Part shown: piece by piece, positions 21,650-34,249 of the stretch
How positions within the stretch are numbered: position 1 is the first letter of the stretch
Layout of the letters: each line of letters begins with the position of its first letter
NCBI RefSeq assembly: GCF_016432865.1
Contig: NC_067400.1
Coordinates: 616,528,001-616,592,000, forward strand
Reading direction: 5' to 3'
Source: Antechinus flavipes
Lineage: Eukaryota
DNA length: 64,000 nucleotides
Notes under the pieces: generated by a model
Databases searched by the model: none
Seen by the model: only the letters and a program-made list of their open reading frames with translations
What the model was told of the DNA's origin: nothing
Made by a program: the position numbers and the translations under genes

Positions 21650-22770
21650 CCTTGGCCTCCCTCTTCCCTGGGGAAGGGAGACCCCGGCATCCTGACTTCT
21701 GGCCCTCTTCCCTCCCGCACTCTCCCAAAGTGGGACCCTGGGCATGTGAATCCCCCTCCTAGTCTCCGAACAAACATCCTCCTTTCGGCAAGTTTCGAGA
21801 TCAGTCCTTGCTCCCGAAGTCTCTAATCCCAGCTCTCCCTTCCCAGCAACCTTCCTGCCCCGGCTCCCAGTCGGTCCCTTCCATAGGAAAGCCTCGAGCT
21901 TGGAACCTCGGGTTCCCGAGCGCCTTGTGCCCCTCAGGTAGGTCCTCGAGATGAAGCCGGGGCCCAGCCTCTGGGGCGGCCAGAAAGCCCAGAGCCGCCT
22001 CCCGCTTGTCCCTCACATCTCACCCCCCAATCTAAGGTCTCCAGAGTCTGGGTTCAGCCGCCAGCGGCGGCGGGAGAAGCATATTAGAGTCCCTTGTCTG
22101 CCCCCCCCCCATTCTCCTTCCCCAGCCTTCAGTACTCCAGTTAAGCTCCCCGATAACACGCCACCCACCGGCCCTTTGCAAGCGCGAAACTGGTTGTTGC
22201 TCCGCTGGCTTGCAGCAGGCAGGATAAGGGTTAGACTTGGGGAAGAAGCAGGCCAGAATCGGGGCAGGGGGAGACCGGGACGCCTCCTCTCTCACCGGGG
22301 CTGCCCCTTCTTCCTCCTCCAAGTAGGATGTTCTTCAGGACCGGCAGCGTTGGAGGAGGGAGGGCGGCCCCCGAGCCTCGGATCGCTGAGTGCCCTTCGG
22401 CATGGAAGGCACAGGACCCGCTCCCCACTGCCTTTCTCCCTCGCCTCCCAGCAGCCTCCTCGGGGGAGGGCAGCCAGTCCTGATCTGAGCCCCCGAAGCC
22501 TGGAGTCTCCCTGTTGCGGGTCTCACTCCCTCAGCCCCATTCCCCCGCTCCCCAGGTCCCCGCGCCCACTTCGCCCCCGAAATCCCCAAGACCGGCTGTC
22601 CGAGAGCCAACGGTTGGAAAGTACTTAGCGCTGGGTCTGGAACACAGTAGGGACTTAATAAATGCTCATTCTTCCCTCACGCTCTCCCTACCCGGGAGCT
22701 GGCCGGTCTGCTCGGATTCTAGTCCCTGCCCTGGCTCCGGTCCCCGCCTCCCCACGGCTCGGGCTCCCAC

Positions 22771-22848
22771 CTCTGAAGCCTCTGGAAAATAGCTCCACTC
22801 GCTCAGTTCGTGCGCTTCCATCTTCACGGAGGGGGCGGCGCCCAGCAT
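22771..22848 (-). CDS. FOXA3: FOXA3 exon 1 coding part (MLGAAPSVKMEAHELSEWSYFPEASE)
   Basis: FOXA N-terminal MLG..VKME motif; donor GAG|gtggga; 78 nt, phase 0, joins exon 2 to give 367 aa. Confidence 0.93.
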
Positions 22849-23300
22849 CCCCCGGGGGGCGGCTCTGGGCAAGCCCACCCCCCGCACCCCGAGACCTCAG
22901 GGCCGCCGGGGGTCTTGGTCTGCGCTAGGGATCTCCAAGCGCAGAGGCGGTGGGCGTGCGCGCCACGGTGCGCTGCTCTGCCTGCCTGGCCGGCGCCGGC
23001 CCGCGCGCTCTCCTGGCTTTATAGCCAGGTAGCCTCCGCCCCCGGCGGGGCCCGGCCCGGGCTCCCTCCCTCCCCACTTCTATCACCCCCCCCCCGGGGG
23101 GGTGGGGATGAGGGGGAGATGCTGCAGGGCTTGGCGCGCCCTCTGCGGGCCGGTGCGGGCGGACCCAGGTGTCCGGGTTTCCCACCCGGGAGCGGTGAGG
23201 AAAGGATCCAGCAGGGAAATTAGCCCAGGAGTCCCGGCACCCAGCAGGAGCCCTCTGGTGGCCGCGCGAGGATGGGTCGGGTGGAAAGGATAGGAGTCAC
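22849..23300 (-). promoter_or_regulatory. FOXA3 5' UTR and promoter with TATA box (TATAAA, 23018-23023) in a CpG island
   Basis: ggctataaagccag on - strand ~170 nt upstream of the ATG; CpG-rich from ~21900 to 23300. Confidence 0.7.
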
Positions 23301-23949
23301 CAAACTGCTCAAGATTAGGGGAATTGTAATGAGTCTGAGAAGAGGGACCCTCTCTCCCATCCCCATTTTATGGATGGGGAAACTGAGGCCCGGAAAGCTT
23401 GCCCAAGGTCACACCAACAGTCAGCATCACCAGCTTTCCGTCACTCACACGGGGACCAGGGGGTTCCCTTGTGCACTCTCGTCTTGGGCGGGGAGTGTCC
23501 CAGAAATGCAGGTCGGAAACATGTCGTTGTACAGAGCCAGCAGTCTGGCAGGCCCCAGAAACGGGAAGCACGCACGCAAACTCAGGGATCCAAGAAGAAA
23601 AATAAAGAGGATCTAGGAGGCGAACACTCAGAAACAGGGATGGGAGCTCAGAGACGACGCTTGAATCCCAGTCACTTTTACATCGGATCTCCATGGACTC
23701 AGTCTCCAGAATCCTGTCCTGAGCCTTTCCTCTTTTCCCTCCCGGACCTCATCAGCCCCTGAGCCGCCTCCGGAGCTCCGGGACCAGCTGCCTTCCGGAC
23801 TTCTCTTCCGGGATGTCCTGAAGCTCCCCATAAACATCCCCAGAATGTCTCCATGGAACTCATTCTCTTCCGCCATCACCATTCTCCCTAACTTAGTTTT
23901 TGTCAAGATTACTGACGTCTTTCTTGATTCCTTACTCTCGCCCACACCG

Positions 23950-26640
23950 TGTCCACTCAGCGGTTGTCCTGTCTATTCCAACTATTGCATCTGTCCCCTT
24001 CTGTCCACTCACACAGCCACCACCCGAATCCAAGCCCTCCTCATCTCTGCTTTGGGTTACTTAGGAGCTTCCTTGTTGGTGTTCAGGCATCCGCTCTCTC
24101 CCCTTTCCCATAGACCCTTCCCGTGGCTGCCAAATGGATAGTCCCAAGGAGCAGAATTGATGGTCACTCCCTTGTTGAAGAAGCTCCAGAGGCCCCTGTT
24201 GCCTCTAAGATGAATTAAAACATTTGTTTTTTGAAGCACTCCCCCATCTCCTTCTACACTCTGTGGTCCAGGCAAGCTGGCCTGCATGTGGGATTCCCAT
24301 CTCACATGAGGAGGTGGTCCTTCTCTTGGCCCAGGCCGGCTGTCCAGATGCATGAGCCACCCGATTCTAATCCATCTTCCCATAGAGTACCCCCTCTAGC
24401 ATCCCTACTCTCTCACTTATTTTCAAACTCTTTCTGTTCACTAGCTGACTCCCTGCTGCCTAAAACATGTCCAGATTACCCTCATAAAACCCTCACTTGA
24501 TCATCCCAATAATTATAGTTCCATAGATCTTCCTTTTGTGGCTGATTTTCTTTTTCTTTTTTTTTTAATATATTTATCTGCTTTATTCATTTTTCTCTTT
24601 TAAAAATATTCTTTTTAAATTTTTTATAGCTTTTTATTGACAGAACATATGCATGGGTAATTTTTCAACACCATTCTTTGCTTCTGTTCCAACTTTTCCC
24701 TTCCTTCCCTCCACCCCCTCCCCTAGATGGCAGGCAGTCTCATACATGTTAAACATGTTAAGGTATATCTTAAATACAATATATATGTGCAGATCCATAC
24801 AATTTTCTTGTTGCACAAGAAAAATCAGATTTAGAAATGTAAAAATAGCCTGGGAAGAAAAACAAAAATGCAAGTAGACCACACTCATTTCCCAGTGTTT
24901 CTTCTCTGGGTGTGGCTGGTTCTGTTCATCACCGATCAATTGGAACTGAATTGGATCCTCTCATTGCCAAAGAAAGCCACTTCCATCACAACTGATCCTC
25001 ATACAGCATTATTGTTGAAGTGGATAATGATCTCTGGTCTTTCATCTCACTCAGCATCAGTTCATGTAAGTCTCGCCAGTCCTCTCTGTATTCATCCTGC
25101 TGGTCATTTCTTACAGAACAATAATATTCCATAACATTCATATACCACAATTTACCCAACCATTCTCCAATTGATGGGCATCCCTTCAATTTCCAGTTTC
25201 TAGTTACTACAAACAGGGCTGCCACAAACATTTTGGTACATACAGGTCCCTTTCTCTTCTTTAATATCTCTTTGGGATAGAAGTCCAGTAGTAGCACTGC
25301 TGGATCAAAGAATATGCACAGTTTGATATCTTTTTGAGCATAATTCCAGATTGCTCTCCAGAATGGTTGAATCACTTCACAACTCCACCAACAATGCATC
25401 AGTATCCCAGTTTTCCCGCATCCCCTCCAGCATTCGTCATTATTTTTTCCTGTCATCTTAGTGGCTAATTTTCTTGAGAAGACCGTCTACATCTAGGGAC
25501 TCCACCTCCTTTCTTCTCACTCTCTTAACTCTGGACAGTCTGACTTCCAATCTCATCATTGTCACCATCCTCTTCTCATTAATAGTTCTCTTGATAGGGT
25601 TCCCTCTCCTGGTTCTCTGTCTGATCACTCCATCTCCTTTACCAGACCCTTTATTCAGGTTATACTAGCTAATGGTGGGTAGCCCTAAGGTTCGTCCTGG
25701 GTTCTCTTCTTTTCTGCCCTCTCTGCTATTTCACTTGGTGATAACATCAGCTTCCATGGATTCAATTATCCTAAGCAGAGAATTCTGAGATTTGTTCTTG
25801 GCCTCTCTCCAGAACTCATCTCACATCCCAGCTATCTATTGGACCTTTTGAATTCAACAACTTCTCAACATCACAAGCTTAGCAGGTATAAAACAGCTTT
25901 CATTTTCCTCCCTCCTCCCACCAAAAATAATCTTCCCTTCTTCTAAACTTCCATGTTACTGTTGAAGTCACCACCATTTTCCATTCACCCAAAACTCATA
26001 ACTTCATCATCAAACCTTATCATTTCTACCACCATGATATCTCTCCAAGAGTATCACCTCCCAAGGATCAATGGGGCAGGGGGAGGAGGAGTCTGGATAA
26101 GTTCCTTCCTTGTCTCTCTACTCATATTCTAGCCACCTTGGTGCAGACCCTCATAACCTTACACCCAGACTATCTCAATAGGTTTCTGGTGGGTCTGACT
26201 CAAGTTTCTCCCATTTATTTCAGTCTATCCTCCGTTCAACTGCCAAGGTGACCCCCCAAAGTCCAAGATTGACCACACTACTCTGCTACTCAAAGAATCC
26301 CATGGGTCCCAAGGTTGCAATGGTTCCTCCAAGGTCAAATATATAATCCTCAAGCTTTTAAGTTCTTGCTATTTGGCTCCTTCCAACTTTTCTAGGCTTC
26401 TTTCACATAATTCTTCCCCATGGACTTTCCACTTCAGCCTGGCCTCCTTTGCCTAGCATAACACTCCTACTATGTATCTTTTCACAGCTGTATCCTCCAT
26501 GTCCAAAGGATTCTTCTTCCTCACTTCTACCTCCTGGCTTTCCTGGCTTTCCAGTTCAAATTTTACCTTCTACAAAAGACCACTGCAGGTTTGTAACCGC
26601 ATAACCACCCCTCACTTTAGTGCCTTACATCAGAGGTTAT
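23950..26640 (+). mobile_element. Degenerate L2 LINE interrupted by an L1
   Basis: L2 ORF2-type blocks (aaggttcgtcctgggttctcttct...tcacttggtgat...ttccatggattcaattatc) on both sides of the L1; boundaries approximate. Confidence 0.65.
24553..25460 (-). mobile_element. 5'-truncated L1 (ORF2 C-terminus, 3' UTR, poly(A)) with 15-bp TSD
   Basis: KMTGKNNDECWRGCGKTGILMHCWWSCE...WRDLHELMLSE is L1 ORF2 C-terminal; TSD gtggctgattttctt (24538-24552) / gtggctaattttctt (25461-25475). Confidence 0.93.
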
Positions 26641-27609
26641 CTCCAATTTATATTCTAGTAGAGGAACCGCAGCTTTCCAGTTTGTGGCCCTGGGCTTTAT
26701 TTGCCTCAGTTTTCTCATCTAGATAATGAGCTGGAGAAGGAAAAGGGCAAACGGCTCCGGTATCTTTGCCAAGAAAACCCCAGATAGGGTCATGCAGAGT
26801 TGAGCATGACTGAGATGACTGAACAACAATAAAAGGAGGGCCACGCTCAGGTTTGCACTTTCTGGTGGATTTAACAGACGTTTCCCCCCTGGTTCCAATC
26901 CAACACGAGGAAGCCTGTCTCTGGACATTAATGGCAGAGGGTGGTTACACCTGTGTGTCAAAAACTCGATCGGTTTACTTCAGTCCCCAAAGAACTGATG
27001 ACTCATAAGGTGCTGAACCGGAATTAAGTACACATACAAAAGGTGACATCCGCCTATACTTTGTTCGCTTTTCCTTCCTGGCAATGAGGGGGACGAGGGT
27101 TACTTGGAACTGCCAGGTTGGGGGGGGGGGAGCCTGTCACATCTTCTCACCTAGCAGCCATGTGTCTGTGATCATATGGCACATCAATTTCTTTTGAGTT
27201 TATTCATTCTAGACTTTAGATGAATAAATATTCCAAGATGGGACTGCCCGACTCAGCTGGTAAGTTTCAGAACTCCAGAGGTCCCATTGAAGGTCCCATA
27301 GGTGACCAAAGGTGGTAGCAGTAACCACCAGGATGGTAGAGGCTGATGACAGAGGAGTTTCACCCCAGATAAAGACTCGCCGAAGGATGATAGCAGCTTC
27401 AGGGAATGAGAACCCTTGTAGGGGGAAGGCCAACTTTGGACTCTAGAAAGAGAACAATCTGAAGACCCCAGTGGAAAGCTACACCTAATGGGGAATTCAT
27501 GAGGACTCACAAATGGAAGCTTCCTCTTCATAGGACTCATAGGACTAGGAGTTGGGAAGTATACCTTGGCCACATGTTCTCTACACATTTGTTTCGCCTT
27601 TTATTTTAT

Positions 27610-27746
27610 TTTATTTTTTCCTGAGGCAATTGGGACTAAGTGACTTGCCCAGGGTCACACAGCTAGGAAGGGTTAAGTCAAATTTGAACTCAGATCCTGC
27701 TGACTTCAGGGCTGGTGCTCTATCCACTGTGCCACCTAGCTGCCCC
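27610..27746 (-). mobile_element. WSINE1-like marsupial tRNA-derived SINE
   Basis: Reverse complement reads ggggcagctaggtggcacagtggatagagcaccagccctgaagtcagcaggatctgagttcaaat...cccaattgcctcagg plus A tail. Confidence 0.85.
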
Positions 27747-28729
27747 TGTCTCACTTTTAATTCAAGTCTAAGCACACTTTCCTCAGAGATTTTATATATG
27801 TAAGAGAGAGTATACCTATACTTATAATATAGGGGGAATGTTTCATACTCTTTTTTCCTATACCTTCTTAGTTAATGCCCTTTCCTGAAAAGCTAATGGC
27901 ATTTGAGTTTACTGATAACTGGGAGCATATTGGTGGGGCTCAGAGGCTATAATAGCAGGAACTCTCGATTTTTCAGAATTATCCCTAAATCCCTGAAGGA
28001 AATAGTAGTCATTTCCCTCTGGGGCCTCAATCTGCTGCTAGCAGTGGAAGCTGGAAAAGCAGCTCAAGTATGAGTGCTATATTAAGTGAATATAAGCTAT
28101 ATTCTAAGTGAATGCAAAATAATTAGAGCACTTGGGGTAGGGATCAAAGGAAGCTTCATATAGAAGGTTACACTTGAAGTGAGCATTGCAGGAAATTGAA
28201 GGAAATCCCTGTTCTAAGACAGAGAAATAAGGATGGCATACATTTCTGGCACAAGGGACAGGACATGAAATGCCCTTGACAGATGTATTGTGTTGGTGAA
28301 ATCAACGCAGCAAGACAACTGATTAAATGTGAGCAGTAAGAAAGAGCTGGGAATTGGAGATTAACTATGTCTGAATCTGAGGATTTAAGGACAGGAGTAG
28401 GGAACTATACTCTCCACTCACATAGCCTCTATCTTAATTCAGACTTTTGGTATCCCTTGCATGGATTATTGTGAGCTCCTAATTACCTCCCCCATCTCTA
28501 AATTTTCTTTCTGTCGCTCATCCTCCATACAGACGCCAAATGAATATTATTAAAACATAGATTTGACCATATAATTCCCATTCAGAAATCATCGATGCAT
28601 CTGTTTCTTCTGGGGAAAACTCCTCAGTCTGACATTTATAGTCTTCCAAAATCTGGCTCCCATCTTCCTTTGCTGTATTATTTCATATTCTTCTTCATTC
28701 ATTTTCCTTTCCAGTCAACGTTTCCCATA

Positions 28730-29640
28730 TACAAGTTATGTTTTATTGAAGATATAATTTTTCCACGGAAGACTATTTAGCTACACGACAGAAATTTATT
28801 ATGTTGTTATATCATTATCATCGTCTTTCATGTTATTCTGATTTCTTCTTTGACCAACTCATTATTTAGGATTTCATTATCATGTCTCCAATTAATTCTG
28901 TCTTATGTTCATGATCCCCAAACTGATAATTATTTTGTATTGTTTTATGATCTATAAAGGATGTTTACTATTTCCACTTTTTTACATTTATTTACACTAT
29001 TTCTCTTCCTTAATACAATCAATTTTTATACAAATTTCTTGTGGTAATGAGAAATGTGTATATTCTTTCAGAAGATGCCATGGGTTTTAGTTTTTAATTT
29101 TTGTTTGAAATTTAATACTATATTTTTCTTTTGTCTTAGATGTCATAAATCTAAATATGAGAGATAGTAAAAGTCTTTTATTATTACTGTTACTGTATTA
29201 CTACCTCCTGCATTACTTTGAGTAATAATTTTCCTTTGCAAAGTTAGATGCTATGCAATTTGTTACATATCAGCTTAAAATTGATGTTGGTTTGTGTCTG
29301 TATTGTGGTTTTTAACTTTTTGCTTTATCTGAGGACATGATTATAACTCCTTTTTGGATTCACTGATTCATACTAAACTTGGTTGCGGTCTTTAATTTTT
29401 ATTTTGCACATGTCTTTGCTTTAGATGTTTCTTATGAGCAACAGATAGTCAGATTCTCTTTTCTTATCCATTCTGTTACTCTTTCCTTTTATTAGATTGT
29501 TTAATCCATCTACATTTCAAGTTATAACAGATTTCTATTTTCTTCCATTTGTGTCTCGTGTTGCTTTTTTCTGAATTTTCTGAATTAGAATTTATTTTTT
29601 GTTCCATATGTCATTTTTCCATCTTCCATACTTTTGCATA
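28730..29640 (-). mobile_element. Old, highly diverged L1 fragment (AT-rich)
   Basis: Very AT-rich block with antisense L1 ORF2-like words (gagaaatgtgtatattc, ttagatgctatgcaatttgttacatat). Confidence 0.5.
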
Positions 29641-29796
29641 AGCTGTCCTTGATGGCTGGAGTGCATTGTTTTTCCATCTCCCTCTTAGAATACCATGCTT
29701 TCTTCAAGGCACAATTCCGGTGTTACCTCCTATAGAAGGTGCTTCCTGATCTTCTAGTTATCAACATTCTCTTTCTCTTAAAATTACTTTGTGTCA

Positions 29797-30315
29797 GGAT
29801 GATTTCAGAAAGGCCTAGAGAGACTTACAGGAACTGATACTGAGTGAAATAAGCAGGACCAGGAGATCATCATATACTTCAACAACAATACTGTATTCTG
29901 ATGGAAGTGGCCCTCTTCAACAATGAGATGAACCAAATCAGTTCCAATGGAGCAGTAATGAACCGAACCAGCTATACCCAGGGAAAGAATTCTGGGAGAT
30001 GACTATGAACACTACATAGAATTCCCAATCCCTCTATTTTTGTCCACCTGTATTTTTGATTTCCTTCACAGGCTAATTGTACATTATTTCAGAGTCCGAA
30101 TCTTCTTGTGCAGCAAAATAACCGTTTGGACATGTATACACCTATTATATTTAACTTATACTTTAATATATTTAACATGTATTGGTCAACCTACCATCTG
30201 GGGGAGGAGGTGGGGGGAAGGAGGGGAAAAATTAGAAAAGGTTTGGCAGTTGTCAATGCTGAAAAATTACCCATGCATATAACTTCTAAATAAAAAGCTA
30301 TAATAATAAAAAAAG
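29797..30315 (+). mobile_element. 5'-truncated L1 3' end with perfect 16-bp TSD
   Basis: Same L1 3' UTR family as 24553-25460; AATAAA plus A-rich tail; TSD aaattactttgtgtca at 29781-29796 and 30316-30331. Confidence 0.92.
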
Positions 30316-31009
30316 AAATTACTTTGTGTCATTTACTTATTTATGTGCATATCATTCCCTATTCCCCCAAGTAGAACACAAATTACTTGAGAGAACTGTT
30401 TTTGTCACTGTACCTTTGGTGCTTAGCACAGTAGGTGCTGACATAGTAGGCGCTTAATAAACGTTAGAAAACTGGGGAATGTACTCACGGGCAGAGACAA
30501 AGAAATCAGGAGACAGATATGTGACATGATAGATGGATATATGGGCCCACAGATATGTGCTCAGACACAGAAATAGAAATTCAGAGACAGGAAGGAATCC
30601 TCAGGCACAGGGATAGAAACAGGGGTTCTAAAACAAAAGAAACTTAGTGATAGAGGTGGAATCTTAGATATATGGGGATGGGGATTCAGAGATGAGGACG
30701 GGGTTTCAGGAACGTGGGCTCAGTGCCAGAAATTGGGAATCTGCCATAAGAGAGTGAGGGAAGTTGAGAGATGGGGGCTGGGACTCAGGACCAAGAATAA
30801 ATGATCACAGACAGTGATAAAAACTCAGAACTGAAATAGGTATCCGAATGAGGGATCAGAAATGGGAATGGCATTCAAAAAGAGAATCAGACTCAGAAAC
30901 TCAAAGGACTTTTGTGATTGGTCTCTGCTTCTGATCTCTTTCATCGTGGTAAAATCCTAAAACATAGATTTGCCTAGGCTACTCCCCTATTCAAGAATCT
31001 TCAATGGCT

Positions 31010-31158
31010 CCTTTTTTTTTTTTTTTTTTTTTTTTTGCTTGACTTGCCCAGGGAAGTTTGACAGCTAGGAAGCATTTAAGTGTCTGAGACCCAATTTGAA
31101 CTTAGGTCCTCCTGACTTTAGGGCTGGTGCTGTATCCACTGAGCCACCTGGCTGCCCC
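31010..31158 (-). mobile_element. WSINE1-like SINE
   Basis: Poly-T then tgacttgcccaggg...tttgaacttaggtcctcctgactttagggctggtgctgtatccactgagccacctggctgcccc. Confidence 0.8.
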
Positions 31159-31359
31159 GGCTCCTTCTTAGTTCTAACAAAACACCAACTCTTCATGTCA
31201 GCACAGTCGCAGTCTAACGGCAGCCTACCTTTGCAGCTGCTTGTCCACACTTCTCTACTCCTCATCCTCCATTCTAGTTAAGACTGGCCTAACTACCCCC
31301 CTCTCACTTCTGGGATCTTTGCTCACAGCATACCATGCCTGGAATAGACTCCTTTACTT

Positions 31360-32350
31360 CACATAAATGCTTTACTAAGCTGTGTAACTCTAGGCAAGTC
31401 CCTTCCCCTCTGACTGCCTCATTCCCTTCACCTGTAAAATGGGAGTAATAACAGCACTTACTTCCCAGGATTGTTGGATCAAATGAGATAATTAGAAAAG
31501 TACTTAGCACAGTGTCTGGCATACAGTAGTTGCTTAATAAATGCCTATTCCCTTCCCCTTTCGCCTTCAAGTTTTAGCTCAGAGGTGGCTTCCTACCAAG
31601 GCTTTTCTTGGCCCTGCCTTCCCCAAAGTTAGCCCTTTCTCCATCATCAAAGTAGTTGAGGGGTCTTAACCAGTGATTTCTGCTAGGTAGAGAAGTCCTG
31701 ATTTGGGAAAGCCTTTCCCTGATGCATAATGGCAACTTGGCTGTAGCTTGAATCTTGACACTTATAAAGGTCAATCATCCAGCCAGGAAGTGTGGTACCC
31801 AGATCATGTACAGTAGTGTGTGATTCTGGCCAAGTCACTTCACTCTGCCTCAGTTTCCTCATCTGTAAAATGAACTGGGGAAGGAAATGGCAAACCACTC
31901 CAGCATGTCTGTCAAGAAAACCCCAAATGAGGTCAGGGACAACAGCAGTATAAAGTTTGAGCTGTCATTTTTTTTCATACGTGGGGTGTTCAGAGGACTA
32001 GGACCTACGGGGTGAGGGTTCCCGAGTCCTTTTCAGGGCAGCTCGTTCACCTTTGATGTCCACCTGACACCCGGCTCTCCTGTGACTCCTTGACAGTGAC
32101 TGAGGGTGACCAAGGGACTGGTGAGCCGGGGACTGAAGGGAGCCAAGTGTGTGAAGACTCTTCCAAGAGGAATAGGCGGATGAGAACAATTTGTTCCAAC
32201 GGCCACTTGGAGCTTGGTCAGACGTGGAAGGCGCCAGGATCATCCTCCGCCACTGCCACTGGCTTTTATTCTCTGGTGACTTGGAGAGAGAGTCGAGCTG
32301 AGGACTTTGTACAGCTCCATCTCACTTCAATCCAATGGACAGCCAAGCCA
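31360..32350. mobile_element. Cluster of MIR, L2 3' end and RTE-like fragments
   Basis: MIR cores (aagtcacttcactctgcctcagtttcctcatctgtaaaatg), L2 tail (cagtagttgcttaataaatg), RTE-like gctgaggactttgtacagctccatctcacttcaatccaat. Confidence 0.6.
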
Positions 32351-33049
32351 GGCCATGGCCAGGGATGGGGGCTGTCCAACGATAACAGAGAGAGACCTGC
32401 ACAGACACACCCCGTTTACTTATATTGGTAGCTTGGAGCATGCCCAGGGGATGGGATATTTGGCCTGGAATCAAGCCTGGAGTTTGAATCCAGCCACAGA
32501 GACTCAGGAGGACCCTGAGCAAAACAGGACCTGTCTGCCTCAGTTTCTTCAACTGGAAAATCAGAATGACAGCGCTTGTGCCTCATGGTGAGGGTCTGAT
32601 ATTTGTAAAGGACTTGGCACACAGTGGGCACTTACTGAGTGCTTCCTCCTTTCTCCCGGCCCCCTTCCGAGCAGCAGGGAAGAGTTGTGGGCTTTAGTGA
32701 ACCACCTGGGGTTCAAATCCTGTCTCTCTCGGGCCTCCCCTTCCGCTCCACAAAGTGAGGGCCCTGCCTCTCTGGGCTGTCTGTGCCCCCCACCCCCACC
32801 CCCAGCCTGGCACGTGCTCACCAGAATGAATCGAACGGGAATGACCTCTATGGGGGGAGGGTTCCGAAGAAAGGTGTGTGGAAGTCAATCGACAAACATT
32901 TCAGATTTTCTCCTAAAGGAAGATCCTCATTTTTCCCTGCACTCGAGCACAAAAGCCATCACAAATAGGTGGTCTGGCAAAACAAATCCCCCACTCGTGA
33001 GTTCCCTGTGTCCGCCCCGTGCTCCAAAGGGAATGTGAGGTCCAGCAGC

Positions 33050-33780
33050 ATTAATTAAGCGCCTGCTGTAGGCCTGCGGATTCATAGGACCGGGAGGACC
33101 CAGGAACGCTGGCCCGCGGGCCGCGGTCCCAAGCTAGGATTCTGGGGGCGGCCTGCACAAAAACTCGGGAGGGGCCGGCTGCCCAGGACCCCGGCGCAAG
33201 GGGGCGGCTGGGCCGGCATAACACAGACTGTGGAGAATGAGCTAGGGAGGATTGCGGGGAGGGGACTCGTGCCTATGGGGAGCCCTCCGGGACTGTGGAG
33301 GGGGAGGGCCGTAGCGGAAGGAGCCCTGCCTTCACTCGCGGCCCAGGGCCCGGGAGGCCGCGGCGCTCTCCCGACTCTCCTCGCAGCCGCCACGAGGAGG
33401 CCAGAAGCGCCACCCCTCGGATCTCTTCCGCCCCACCGCCCTCCTTCCGGAGAACCCATGTTGCAGGAAGAACTCCATTTCCCACAATTCTCCGAGAGCC
33501 CTTCGGCAATCCGCGAAGCAATGACTAAGTATTCGTAGTCTCTTTCCGGCCTTGGAGCGTCGGGAGCGAGTATCCCTGGGCGAAAAGGCTTCAGAAGACT
33601 ACATTTCCCGGCGTCCCCAGTCTTCTTTCTGCCTCCGTTTCCTCCTTGGGGGCACGCACCCTTCCGAAAACTCCATTTCCCGGTGGGCCTCGCGGGGCGG
33701 CGCTTGCGCAGAAGGGGCATCGGCAGTCGGCCCGAAGATGGCGGCGGCTGTGAGGAGGAGGCGCTGCCGAGGGCGGCGTG
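33050..33780 (+). promoter_or_regulatory. SYMPK: SYMPK CpG-island promoter and non-coding exon 1
   Basis: ACTACATTTCCC (ZNF143) 33598-33609, GCGCTTGCGCA (NRF1-like) 33700-33710, AAGATGGCGG (YY1) 33735-33744; candidate donors GTGAGG at 33750 or 33778. Confidence 0.7.
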
Positions 33781-34249
33781 AGGGGGAAGGAGGAAGAGAG
33801 AGGGGAAAGAGGACAGGGGGCGAAGAGGGAGAATAGAAGAGAATGGGAGGAGGGCGGCCGCCGCAAGACTTGTACCCCCAGGGGAGAGGAAACCATGACG
33901 GGGTGGGGGTGGGAGGCGCAGAACCTTATGGAGGACGAATTCATTGGGAAGAGGGGAGCAGTAGGCGAGACCATCACGCGTGGGGGGGAAGGAGACACTG
34001 AGTTAGGGAGGGTGCAAATGTGTGCGTGGGACCCGAGGATAGAACCTTGGGCTGGTAGAGACCATTAAAAGAGGGGCCCGATGGGAGACACCATCATGGG
34101 AGGGGGGAGGGGGAGGAGGACTGTTGAGTGGACGCTGGAGGAGGGCATGTGTGAGACCCCGGTCCTCGTGCCCGGGGAGGAATGAGTGACTGAGCAGAGG
34201 ACCTAGAGGAATGGAAACCCGGAGAGGACTGACCTCGGGGAGGAGGGGA

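Noticed and set aside
24986-25456. 156-aa ORF with Cys/His motif
   Set aside because: C-terminal fragment of L1 ORF2 in a truncated insertion, not a host gene.
27610-27746. tRNA-like A/B boxes (also at 31010-31158, 57298-57449, 61405-61542)
   Set aside because: Heads of tRNA-derived SINEs with SINE body and A tail; no full cloverleaf.
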